Positions 52,180-61,101 of a stretch of 64,000 bases of DNA are shown here, in pieces (position 1 is the stretch's first letter; every line of letters begins with the position of its first letter). The DNA is taken from contig CBDCCV010000001.1 in assembly GCA_965215025.1 (NCBI GenBank), positions 234,619 through 298,618 on the forward strand. The letters are read 5' to 3'. Under the pieces are notes generated by a model that searched no databases, was not told the DNA's origin, and saw only the letters and a program-made list of their open reading frames with translations. Source of the DNA: Salinibacteraceae bacterium (GTDB lineage: Bacteria; Bacteroidota; Rhodothermia; Rhodothermales; Salinibacteraceae). The translations under genes and the position numbers were made by a program.

Positions 52180-53349
52180 CTAAAACGCCGTCCCCTCCGT
52201 CTCGAACGCAACGCCGAAAAACGCGGCCACCGTGGCGGCGTGGTCGTTGAACGACGGGCGCGTGCCGAGGTCGCTGCCGCCGCCATCGCCCGTGTAAAAG
52301 AGGAGCGGGACGTACTCGCGGCTATGGTCGGTGCTCGGCGTGATCGGGTCGTTGCCGTGGTCGGCGGTGAGGACGAGGCGGCCCCCTTGCGGCAGCGCGC
52401 CGAGAAGGTCGGGCACGGCGCGGTCGAATGCTTCCAACGCGCGCGCAAAGCCCTCGGGATCGTTCCGGTGGCCGTACTCCTGGTCGAAGTCCACGAGGTT
52501 CGTCCAGAGGAACGTGGGCGGGGCTTCGTCGGAAAAGGCGCGCATCCGGCGCAGCGTCTCGGCGACGCCCTCGGCGTTGCTTTTCGTCTTGCTGATCTCG
52601 TCGAAGCCGACGCCGCCAAACAGGTCGCCAATCTTGCCGATGGCGACGGTGCGCACGCCGGCTTCCTGGAGCACCCCCTGAAGCGGCGCGCGCCCGGGCA
52701 GGCGCGAAAAGTCCTTCCGCTCCTCCGAGACGCGCGTGTACGCGCCGGGCGCCCCGGTGAACGGACGCGCGATGACGCGGCCCACGGCGTGCTTGCCCGT
52801 GCACACCGCGTCGCGCGCCGTCTGGCATAGTTCGTAAAGCCTGCCGAGCGGGATCGTCTCCTTGTGCGCGGCGATCTGGAAGACGCTGTCCGCCGAGGTG
52901 TAGACGATGGGATGGCCCGTCTCCTGATGCCGCTCGCCCAGCTTTTCAACGATGGCGGTGCCGGACGCGGCGCGGTTGCCCAGGACGCCGCCGCAGCCCG
53001 TCTTCTCCACAAACGCCCCGATCACCTCGGGCGGAAAGCCGTCCGGGTACGTCGGGAACGGCTCGCGCAGGCGCAGGCCGGCCAGTTCCCAGTGGCCCGT
53101 GGTGGAGTCCTTGCCGGCGGAGGCCTCGCGCATCTTCCCGAAGTGCGCACGCGGCGCCTCGGCCGGCGGCACGTTTTCCAGCGGCGCGATGCGGCCCAGC
53201 CCCAGCCGCGCGAGGTTCGGCAAACGAGGCCGGGCAGCCGCGCAGACGTGGCCGAGCGTGTGGCTCCCGGCGTCGCCGTAGCGAGGGGCGTCGGGCTGCG
53301 CCCCGACCCCCACACCGTCGAGCACGATGGTGACGAAGAGCTTGCTCAA
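52180..53349 (-). CDS. deoB: phosphopentomutase
   Basis: 389 aa; LDGVGVG..., metal-binding TADHGNDP, alkaline-phosphatase-like core. Confidence 0.9.
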   Translation of the reverse strand: MSKLFVTIVLDGVGVGAQPDAPRYGDAGSHTLGHVCAAARPRLPNLARLGLGRIAPLENVPPAEAPRAHFGKMREASAGKDSTTGHWELAGLRLREPFPTYPDGFPPEVIGAFVEKTGCGGVLGNRAASGTAIVEKLGERHQETGHPIVYTSADSVFQIAAHKETIPLGRLYELCQTARDAVCTGKHAVGRVIARPFTGAPGAYTRVSEERKDFSRLPGRAPLQGVLQEAGVRTVAIGKIGDLFGGVGFDEISKTKSNAEGVAETLRRMRAFSDEAPPTFLWTNLVDFDQEYGHRNDPEGFARALEAFDRAVPDLLGALPQGGRLVLTADHGNDPITPSTDHSREYVPLLFYTGDGGGSDLGTRPSFNDHAATVAAFFGVAFETEGTAF

Positions 53350-53417
53350 GCCTCAGGCGCCTGGTATCGGAGGACTCTCGTAGGACTTACGCAGTTGAGA
53401 AAACGGCAGCACCAGAA

Positions 53418-53504
53418 TCCCCCCTTGGAAGGGGGCCAGGGGGATGTAAAGAGAGATGGCGCCATCCCTGACATCCCCCTCGATCCCCCTTCAAAGGGGG
53501 AAAC
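53418..53504. repeat. three consecutive G5/C5 stem-loops (CCCCCTTGGAAGGGGG; GGGGGATGT-N23-ACATCCCCC; CCCCCTTCAAAGGGGG)
   Basis: Read directly in deoB leader / downstream of small repeat ORF. Confidence 0.55.
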
Positions 53505-53549
53505 AGAGGCAACTGCGTAACTCATAACAGTTTCTCAAACGAAAGAAGC

Positions 53550-53897
53550 TCATCCGCCGTTAGTCTCGAAGGCCGCCCCTCGGCGCTCGCTGGGCATCTG
53601 CTCGTCTTCGCCCTCTTCTGATTTCCCGAACGCGCGGTTCAGGACCGCCCCGCTCTTGCCGATGCTCAAGATCGAGCCGGCGCTCCCGATGCTCAGGATG
53701 CTGCCCGCGCTCCCGATGCTGAGGATCGAACCCGCGCTCCCGATGCTCAGCATCGAGCCGGCGCTTCCGATGCTTAAGACGCTCGCAAAGCTGTTGACGG
53801 AGTAGACGCTTAAGGCGCTCCGTATGCTGCGAAGCGAGAGCCACGACGACGTTTGGGCGGCGGCGTTTGTTGATGGGCGGGAAAGAAGCTTCTGCAT
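53550..53897 (-). CDS. putative small Ser/Gly-rich protein with 9-aa tandem repeat (LSIGSAGSI x5) encoded by 27-bp DNA repeat
   Basis: 27-bp period, 5 copies at 53655-53790; ORF has start and no internal stops but no recognisable domain. Confidence 0.35.
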   Translation of the reverse strand: MQKLLSRPSTNAAAQTSSWLSLRSIRSALSVYSVNSFASVLSIGSAGSMLSIGSAGSILSIGSAGSILSIGSAGSILSIGKSGAVLNRAFGKSEEGEDEQMPSERRGAAFETNGG

Positions 53898-53990
53898 GGC
53901 GTTTCTGCGGTTTCACCGGATGGATCGAAGCGGCACGGCTGAGGGCTGCCGGTCGTGCTTGCGTGCCGGGGGGCGCCGCCGGCCTCGCGC

Positions 53991-55499
53991 TCAGGCCAGG
54001 ATGGTGCACGTGCCCGTGGTGAACGCCTCTTGCAGGGCGCTCATGGCGTGCGCGCGCAGCGCTTCGGGGCTTTCGTGCTCGTCGCGCAGCATGGCCAGGC
54101 CGATGCTCACGCCGCCTTCGAGCCAGCCCTCGGCGTGGGCCAGCTTTTCTTGAAGACGCACGGCCCAGCGCTCCACCTCGGCCACGGAGCCGGAGTAGAA
54201 GATGCCGTACGTCAGCTCGCCGAAGCGCTCGACGCGCGCCTCGGGGGCGGCCTCTTCGAGGCGCTCGCGCAGGGCGGCCTCGGCGGCCTCGACGGCTTCC
54301 GCGCCATCGGCGGCGACGTCCTCGGCGCGGTTGAGGTAGACGAGCGCGAGCGCCAGCTCGCGGCCCTGCGCGCGGGCCTCCGCCATCTCCTCTGCTATGA
54401 TGTCCGTGCGCGGGCGGGGGCCGCTGGCTTGGGCCGTTTCTCGCTCCTCCGCCTCGTCATCGGCTAGCTCGTCGTCGGGCGGCTCGACGGCGGGCGGCTC
54501 CTCGGAGCGGGGCGGGGCTTCGACGCCGGGCGCCTCGGCCTCGTAGGTCCGCGCGCCGGCTTCTTCCGCCTCGGGCGCGTGAACGCTGAGGACGACCGCG
54601 AGCAGCCTGGCGAAGCGCTCCAAAAGTGTGCGCGCCGGGCGCTCGTCGAAGCCGTCCACGGCGTCGGCCACGAGAAAGTAGGTTGCGGGCGTGCCCTGCC
54701 GCGGCACTGGAGCGAAGGCCACCTGCCGCAGCGCGGGCACCGCGCCGGCGTAGTAGCCCAGGTGCTGGATCGGCACGCCGCCGCTGCCCTCCCCTACGGG
54801 CGCGAACGCCACGGCCTGGCGCGAGCGCGCCGCCGAGAGGAGCGGGGCCGAGGTCGAGAACGTGGTGCCCGGCGCCACGTGCCGATCCGGGCCGGCCACG
54901 GCCTCGACGCGGTACTCCAGCGCCAGCTCTTCCTGGACGAGCAGGCACACCGCCCGCGCCCCGATGGCCGCACGCACGGCGCGCAGGTACGCCTCCACGA
55001 CCGATGGCTCGGCGGCAGCCTCACGCGGTTTTGCTGCCGCCTTGCGTGGTTCCGCCGTCGCCTCGCCGTTGCCGCCGGTAGGGCTGCTGGTGTGGCCGCT
55101 GGCGGAGGCGCCGTTCCGGCGCGGGGCGGGTCGGGGCGCAGTTTCCGGCGGCGCGGGCCGTGCTTCGAGCTTGGCTTCTTTGGCAGAGGAAGCCTCCTGG
55201 GTCGAGGGAGAGGCCGACGAGTGCTTCTCGGACGGGCGCGGGGCGCTGCGGGCGCGGGGCGGCGGCGTCTTCTTCTCCTTCTTACGGATCTCCACGATGC
55301 CGAGCGCGCTGAGGTCGTCCTCGGGCGGGCGCTGCCGGTAGGGCGCCTGCGCTTTCTGGTGCGAGCGGCGCCAGCCGGCGGCGAGCATCCCAAGCGCGGC
55401 GATGAGGAGCACGCCGGCCACGCCGTAGAGCCAGGGCTGCCCCATGAGGTACGCCAGGACGGCTACGACGATGGCCAGGCAGACGAAGAGGAAACGCAT
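53991..55499 (-). CDS. membrane-anchored protein with Pro/Ala-rich linker and C-terminal degenerate GGDEF-like domain
   Basis: Two N-terminal TM helices; RVERFGELTYGIF (GGDEF position degenerate) and VSIGLAML. Confidence 0.5.
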   Translation of the reverse strand: MRFLFVCLAIVVAVLAYLMGQPWLYGVAGVLLIAALGMLAAGWRRSHQKAQAPYRQRPPEDDLSALGIVEIRKKEKKTPPPRARSAPRPSEKHSSASPSTQEASSAKEAKLEARPAPPETAPRPAPRRNGASASGHTSSPTGGNGEATAEPRKAAAKPREAAAEPSVVEAYLRAVRAAIGARAVCLLVQEELALEYRVEAVAGPDRHVAPGTTFSTSAPLLSAARSRQAVAFAPVGEGSGGVPIQHLGYYAGAVPALRQVAFAPVPRQGTPATYFLVADAVDGFDERPARTLLERFARLLAVVLSVHAPEAEEAGARTYEAEAPGVEAPPRSEEPPAVEPPDDELADDEAEERETAQASGPRPRTDIIAEEMAEARAQGRELALALVYLNRAEDVAADGAEAVEAAEAALRERLEEAAPEARVERFGELTYGIFYSGSVAEVERWAVRLQEKLAHAEGWLEGGVSIGLAMLRDEHESPEALRAHAMSALQEAFTTGTCTILA

Positions 55500-55867
55500 A
55501 GGCTTGGAGCGCGCAGAAAGGGCTTTTAAGCGATCTGGGAGGGCGCAGGCAGGTGGCGCAGAGAGGCGCGTGCAATCTACCGGCAGCCGGCGGAAAAGTC
55601 AACGCAGGCGCCGCGCGGACCCCCGTTTTCAAGTGGCTGCCCTGAGCCGTACCTTAGCAATGCCAATCATGGGTTGAGCCAAGCCGCCAGATAACATCCG
55701 TAGGGGCGTAGCGCGATACGCCCCTACTACGGCTGATGGGTCCTCGGCGGCCGGGACAGATGTTTCCGTTTCAACTCCTGATCCGCATTAGCATGGGATT
55801 CCAAGTTACGTTGGCTTCCAGGCCTATGCCGGTTTCCGAACATCCCCCCGCCTCGCCTCCCACCGTC

Positions 55868-56170
55868 ATGAACACGCAGCAGAAAGCCCTCATCGTCAAA
55901 ACCGGCCCCGAGCACACCTACGGCCTCGACGAGCTGAACGTCAAGCTGGGCCGCGGCTGGCGCGTGGTCCAGATGACGTCCCTGGGCGGCGCCGGCGCGG
56001 GCACCACCGCCGCCACCGATGACGCGGCCGTGCTGTGCCTGGCCGCCCTCGTCATCGTAGAACGCGCCGAAGAAGAGGCCGCCGAACTGATGGAGCAGAT
56101 CGAGGAAGAGGAGATCCAAGAGGAGATCGACGACATCGTAGAAGGCAACGGCGCGAGCCTCGATCTCTAA
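55868..56170 (+). CDS. small hypothetical cytoplasmic protein with acidic C-terminus
   Basis: MNTQQKALIVKTGPEHTYGLDELNVKLGRGWRVVQMTS...; upstream ORF extension ignored. Confidence 0.4.
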   Translation: MNTQQKALIVKTGPEHTYGLDELNVKLGRGWRVVQMTSLGGAGAGTTAATDDAAVLCLAALVIVERAEEEAAELMEQIEEEEIQEEIDDIVEGNGASLDL

Positions 56171-56517
56171 GCCTCGCCGCCCGCAGCACCGCTTCCACGC
56201 AGGTCAGCATAAACACCAGCCTAAGCTGCGCGCTGGACGCCGCTGACTTCTTCCGCGAGCGGTTTTAGGCCGCCCTCTGCTGCGGCAGAACGCTACGTTT
56301 TTGTTGCGACACGGCACGTGAGCTTGCAATCCACATCAAAAACAGCGATTCTTTGCCCGCTCCGCCCTTTGACCGATGCCGCCATCTATGCGCGAGTGCG
56401 CGATGCGGCACGGCACGTAACTCCGGCTCGCGTATTGCTGTATCCTCTCGGCGCAACGTTCTCCGGCGCCCTCGCGCGCGTTCCCCCTTTTCTCACTCGA
56501 CCTGATGCTCTGACGCC

Positions 56518-57642
56518 ATGATCGCTCTCACACTCATCGCGCTGCTCCTGACCTTCCCAACGGCCACGGACGGCCCCGACGACGACAAAGACAAAAAGGA
56601 CAAGAAGAACACGATCAAGCGGGTAGAAACGCTCGCGCCCGTCACCTTCACGCCGGCCACGGGCTACACCGTGAAGAACCTCACCGGCGCCAACGGCCGC
56701 GTGTGGGTCACCGGCGCCTACGGCTACACCGAGCGCTACTACGACTCCGACAGCGACGAGCAGGACCTGGGCACCTTTGCCGTCGGCCAGAACGAGTTTG
56801 AATCCAACGGCCGCCTTACCAGCTACATCCTCCACGTGGGCGGCTCGTACGACATCAGCCGCATCGACGACATGAATATCTCCGTGGGCGCGGACCTTGG
56901 CCTGGCACAGCGTCAGGCTACCGCCGACGCTACCGGCGTAAGCGCCGCACGCGACGAGTCCAGCGGCGTTGCCCCGCAAAACCTCACGCTCTTCGGCGAG
57001 ATTGCCCGTCCCACGTACACGCTACGCGCCGGCTACCTGCTCGACCTCAGCCCGGAAGACGATCTGGATGATGACGAAGACTACGAGAACACGGACCGAC
57101 AGGATGCCGTCCTCCTCGGCCTCTCGGCGCAGTATCCGGCTACGAACGACGTGCGCGTCTTCGGCGGCTTCGACTACTTCATCACGCTCGAAGGCGAGGG
57201 CGACTTCCTCATCGGCGCCGGTGAAGCGGAACGACTCCAGGAGAACGTGACCTATGACGAAGGCGACCTAGCCGTGCTTCACGCCGGCGCAGGCTACAAC
57301 TTCGGCTCAGGCGAAATTGGCGTCACGCTCCTCTACCGCATCAACACCGAAGGCAAGTTCGGCGACTTCGACGGCGACGACGTGCCCACCACGCTTGGCG
57401 AAAACCCGCTCGATCCTTCGGACGACGGCCCGCGCAGCCCCGGCACGCCGAACCAGTTCGCCAGCGGCAACTCGCTCGGCGCCGTGCCTTACGTGAACTA
57501 CACGCCGCTGGGGGCCAACTTCCAGGTCACGCTCAAAGGCGCCGTGCAGACGGAGTACTTCGACTACGGCTACACCTTTGCTGGCAAGAACGACATCGCC
57601 CCGCGCTTCGGCTTTACGCTGGGCGTGCAGTACGGCATCTGA
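56518..57642 (+). CDS. secreted beta-rich hypothetical protein (outer-membrane-like)
   Basis: Signal peptide MIALTLIALLLTFPTATDG; alternating aromatic/Gly pattern; ends ...LGVQYGI. Confidence 0.6.
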   Translation: MIALTLIALLLTFPTATDGPDDDKDKKDKKNTIKRVETLAPVTFTPATGYTVKNLTGANGRVWVTGAYGYTERYYDSDSDEQDLGTFAVGQNEFESNGRLTSYILHVGGSYDISRIDDMNISVGADLGLAQRQATADATGVSAARDESSGVAPQNLTLFGEIARPTYTLRAGYLLDLSPEDDLDDDEDYENTDRQDAVLLGLSAQYPATNDVRVFGGFDYFITLEGEGDFLIGAGEAERLQENVTYDEGDLAVLHAGAGYNFGSGEIGVTLLYRINTEGKFGDFDGDDVPTTLGENPLDPSDDGPRSPGTPNQFASGNSLGAVPYVNYTPLGANFQVTLKGAVQTEYFDYGYTFAGKNDIAPRFGFTLGVQYGI

Positions 57643-57705
57643 GCGCCAGCGGGCACTCCAGGCGCGCGGAACTACCATCTGCACGGCCTCGCGCTTCGCT
57701 CAAAA

Positions 57706-57742
57706 GAAAAAGGCTCTCGGCACGGCGCCGGGGGCCTTTTTC
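57706..57742 (+). terminator. Rho-independent terminator (AGGCTCTCGG...CCGGGGGCCT + TTTTT)
   Basis: Seen directly, G-U-tolerant 10-bp stem. Confidence 0.55.
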
Positions 57743-57830
57743 TTTCGACCTTCAGGCCGCAGGCGAAACCGCTTTCTACCACCGCGCATTTCTATGACCT
57801 CTCCTGCCCTCCCTTCTTCTCCGCAATCCT

Positions 57831-58964
57831 ATGGCGCCTGAACGCGCATCGGACCGGCGGCCCGGTCTTTCTGACGGCGAGCCTCCCGCAGACGGCCGCC
57901 CGGACGACAACCGCCCCTCCGGCTCCGACGATCCCGCACGCGAGACCTCGCACGCGGAGAGCTACCAGGAGGACGGCGAGGAGGAGGCCTACACGTCCCC
58001 CTCGGATGGCGCCCCCCCAAACGACAAGGGAGCCGACGAGGAGGACGTCAGCGACATCCTGGGCACCGACACCATCTTCCGCCGCATCCTGGCTACGGCG
58101 GACGATGAGTTCGACAAGGCCGCACGCCTGCTCTTTTTGAGCGGCATCGCGGCGGGGCTGATCATGAGCCTCTCGTTTATGGGCCTGGCCTCCGTTAAGG
58201 CACGCGTGCCGGCCGACAGCACGGGCCTTGTGCCCAGTATGCTCTATCCGCTGGGCTTCCTCTTCGTGGTGCTGGGGCGCTACCAGCTTTTTACCGAGAA
58301 CACGCTCACGCCCGTGAGCCTGGTCCTGGCGCGGCTGGCCTCGATCCCGCGGCTCCTGCGCATCTGGGGCATCGTCTTCACGGCCAACATCATCGGCTCG
58401 GCGCTGGCGGCGTACTACTACGCCTCGACGGGCATCTTCGGGCCGGAGACGGTCGCCGCCGCCACGGGCATCGGCGAGCACATGCTGGAGATGTCCTGGG
58501 CCGACACGTTCTTCAAGGGCACCATCGCCGGGTGGCTCGTGGCCGGGATGGTGTGGCTCAACCACGCCTCGCGCGAGGCCGCCGCGCGCGTCCTCATCGT
58601 CTTCTTTTTGATGTACGTCGTCTCCGTGGCCGACCTGGCGCACTGCATCGTCGGCTCCTCGGAGATGCTCTACCTCGTCTTCCGCGGCGGAGCCTCGTTC
58701 TGGGGCGACTTCCTCTGGGGCTTCCTCGCGCCCGCGGCGCTGGGCAACACCGCAGGCGGCGTCCTCCTCGTGGCGCTCCTGAACTACGGCCTCACGCGCG
58801 AAAAGCGCCTCCCGGACCGAGACCGCATCTCCTGGCGCGAGCTGTTCATGGGCGAGAGAGAGCACACGCCCGAGCAGTCCATCTCGGAGGAAGGCCACGC
58901 GCGCAAACAAGCCGAGCAGAAGGCGCAGCAGCGACAAAAGACGCCGCAAGGCCGGGAGCTGTGA
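57831..58964 (+). CDS. formate/nitrite transporter (FNT) family protein with acidic N-terminal extension
   Basis: FNT core (LFLSGIAAGLIMSLSFMG...YQLFTENTLT...LAHCIVGS). Confidence 0.82.
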   Translation: MAPERASDRRPGLSDGEPPADGRPDDNRPSGSDDPARETSHAESYQEDGEEEAYTSPSDGAPPNDKGADEEDVSDILGTDTIFRRILATADDEFDKAARLLFLSGIAAGLIMSLSFMGLASVKARVPADSTGLVPSMLYPLGFLFVVLGRYQLFTENTLTPVSLVLARLASIPRLLRIWGIVFTANIIGSALAAYYYASTGIFGPETVAAATGIGEHMLEMSWADTFFKGTIAGWLVAGMVWLNHASREAAARVLIVFFLMYVVSVADLAHCIVGSSEMLYLVFRGGASFWGDFLWGFLAPAALGNTAGGVLLVALLNYGLTREKRLPDRDRISWRELFMGEREHTPEQSISEEGHARKQAEQKAQQRQKTPQGREL

Positions 58965-58991
58965 ACGGCCCCGCGCTCAGGCTTCCGGCGC

Positions 58992-60011
58992 TCAGATCGA
59001 GTCGATGAGCGTCGTATCCCGCCTGATGGGCAGCCCGTTAAAGCGGCTCGTGTCACGCCCCGTTGTGTCGCGCGCTGCCGTGTCGCGCTCCGTGGGCTGG
59101 GCGCGGCGCAGGCTGGTGTCGCGCGGCCAGGCCGCCGCCGGCGTGTCCGCGCTGACCTCTTCCTGCTCCTGGGCCTCCTCGGCAGGGAGGCTGAAGAGCG
59201 TGCCCTGGCGCAGGACGATGGTGCCGTTCTGCGTCTGAAGCTCCAGGAGCGCGTTGCCGCTGCCGAGCTGCCCCCGGAACGAGGCGCCGGCGCCCTCGGG
59301 GCTGAGCTGCCGGTTCGTAAAAGCGAGGCCCTCGACGCGGATCTCGCCGGCGCCCGTCTGCGCCTCGACGCGCACGGACGTGCCCGCTGGGAGGACCACG
59401 GTGATGTCGCCGTTGTTGGTTTCGAGGCGGCTCTCGGCCTCGGCCGGGAGGCGGCGCAGGCCCAGGAGCAGGTCGCCCGTGCGCGTGGTCAGGTCCACGT
59501 CCTCGCCCACGCCCGCCGCCGCGATGGGGCCGCTCGTCTCGACGCTCAGCGGCCCCTGCACGCCGGAGAGGCGCACCGGACCGCTCTCCAGGTTGATGCG
59601 CGCCGGCGTCGTAGGCGGCACGCGCCCTTCGACGGCCACGCTCGTGCGCTCGCCCTCCTCGGTGCTGAGGGAGTAGACGTACTCGGCCTCGCCGCCGCGC
59701 TCGGTGATCTCGATGCCGGAGAGCACCTCGCGCGCGGCGGCGGCGTCCTCGCCGCGGCCCTGCTTGACGAACTGAAGGCGGGCCACCTCTACGTCGGCCC
59801 CTTCGAGGTCCACGCGCCCGCTGAAGCCCTCCAAAACGAGCGTGCGGTTGCCGAAGACAACGCCGCGCTCGACCGTCTGCTCCACCTCGGCGCGGCCGAG
59901 CGTGAGGCCGCCTTCCTCCGTCTGCCCGATGTCGCCCTCGTCCGAGCCGCAGGCGGTGAGCAGGAGGACAGCCGCGAGAGAAAGCAACCGGAGCGCGTAG
60001 GAATCAGGCAT
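58992..60011 (-). CDS. lipoprotein, DUF4097-like putative adhesin (beta-helix repeats)
   Basis: MPDSYALRLLSLAAVLLLTACG lipobox; repetitive VxLxxxxGxIxV-type repeats. Confidence 0.55.
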   Translation of the reverse strand: MPDSYALRLLSLAAVLLLTACGSDEGDIGQTEEGGLTLGRAEVEQTVERGVVFGNRTLVLEGFSGRVDLEGADVEVARLQFVKQGRGEDAAAAREVLSGIEITERGGEAEYVYSLSTEEGERTSVAVEGRVPPTTPARINLESGPVRLSGVQGPLSVETSGPIAAAGVGEDVDLTTRTGDLLLGLRRLPAEAESRLETNNGDITVVLPAGTSVRVEAQTGAGEIRVEGLAFTNRQLSPEGAGASFRGQLGSGNALLELQTQNGTIVLRQGTLFSLPAEEAQEQEEVSADTPAAAWPRDTSLRRAQPTERDTAARDTTGRDTSRFNGLPIRRDTTLIDSI

Positions 60012-60039
60012 GACCGTAAGCGTTGAGTGGCAAGGGTTG

Positions 60040-60107
60040 GAACGACGAATCATAGACGACGGACGACGCCCTCGGGTTCACCGCCGAGTTCCAGTCGTCA
60101 GTCGTCC
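60040..60107. repeat. GACGAC palindrome family member ((GACGAC)2...(GTCGTC)2)
   Basis: gacgacggacgacg ... cagtcgtcagtcgtcc. Confidence 0.5.
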
Positions 60108-60121
60108 GCTGTCAAAAAAGG

Positions 60122-61003
60122 TCAGTGCAGCGCCACGCGGCGCACGAAGCGGCGCACGGCGAAGTACGAGCCGACCCAGCCCAGGACAACGCCCACGCCG
60201 ATGAGCGCGCCGGCCAGCGCCAGCCCGCCCAGCGTCGTCTGCGCGCCGAGCTGCGGGAGCTGCCCGGCGGCGAAGCGGTAGAGCGCCCACAAGATCAGGC
60301 TCGCCCCCACCCCGCCGACGGCCCCCTGCACGATCCCTTCCACCACGAACGGCCGGCGGATAAACGCATCGGTGGCGCCCACGAGCTTCATCGTGCGGAT
60401 GAGCAGCCGCCGCGCGTAGACGGTCAGGCGGATCGTGTTCGCCACCAGAAAGAGCGCGGCCAGGACCACGAGCGTCCCCAGCGAAAGGCCCACGATGGAG
60501 ATCAGGCGCAGGTTCTGCTGCACCTTGACCAAGAGCGCCTGGTTGAAGATGACGTCGTCCACGCGGTTCCACGAGGCGAACTCCTCGGCCAGGCTCGTGA
60601 GGCTGTCGGGCGTGGCGTAGTCCGAGGCCACGCGCACCTTGATCTCGGCCGGGAGGAAGGGCGTCTCGTAAAAGTCCTCGGCCCCCTCGCCGAAGTCGCG
60701 CTCGAAGATCACCTGCGCCTCGGCCGGGGAGATGTACTCGGCCTCCTCTACGCCGGGCGTGGCGGCGGCGCGCGTGCGCAGCGCCTCGGCCACCGTCTCG
60801 CCGGCCTCGTCGGTGAGGTAGATGCGCAGCTCGCCCACGCGCTGCCGCAGCCAGTTCGAGACCTCCTGCGCCTCGAAGGCCACCAGGCCGAAAAGGCCGA
60901 TGAGGACGAGCGCCACCGTCATCGCGCTCGTCGAGGCGAACGCGGCAAACTTGGCCCGGCGCAGGCCGGCCAGGCCCTCGCTAAGACTGTACGGCAATGC
61001 CAC
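60122..61003 (-). CDS. ftsX: cell division ABC-transporter permease-like protein FtsX
   Basis: 293 aa; FtsX layout (TM, periplasmic loop, 3 TM) with conserved ...KLVGATDAFIRRPFVVEG. Confidence 0.88.
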   Translation of the reverse strand: MALPYSLSEGLAGLRRAKFAAFASTSAMTVALVLIGLFGLVAFEAQEVSNWLRQRVGELRIYLTDEAGETVAEALRTRAAATPGVEEAEYISPAEAQVIFERDFGEGAEDFYETPFLPAEIKVRVASDYATPDSLTSLAEEFASWNRVDDVIFNQALLVKVQQNLRLISIVGLSLGTLVVLAALFLVANTIRLTVYARRLLIRTMKLVGATDAFIRRPFVVEGIVQGAVGGVGASLILWALYRFAAGQLPQLGAQTTLGGLALAGALIGVGVVLGWVGSYFAVRRFVRRVALH

Positions 61004-61069
61004 GGGTTGGGTGTGGGGGTGTGGGAGAATGGGGGGGTGGGCGCCGTCTGCAACAGAGGCGTACCCAAT

Positions 61070-61101
61070 CCAAAATCAGAAATCAAAAATCAAAAGTCGA
61101 A
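61070..61101 (-). promoter_or_regulatory. AT-rich TGATTT(T) x4 repeat carrying three TTTTG motifs (minus strand) between argS stop and ftsX start; candidate Bacteroidetes-type promoter
   Basis: minus-strand read: GACTTTTGATTTTTGATTTCTGATTTTGGATTGG. Confidence 0.35.
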
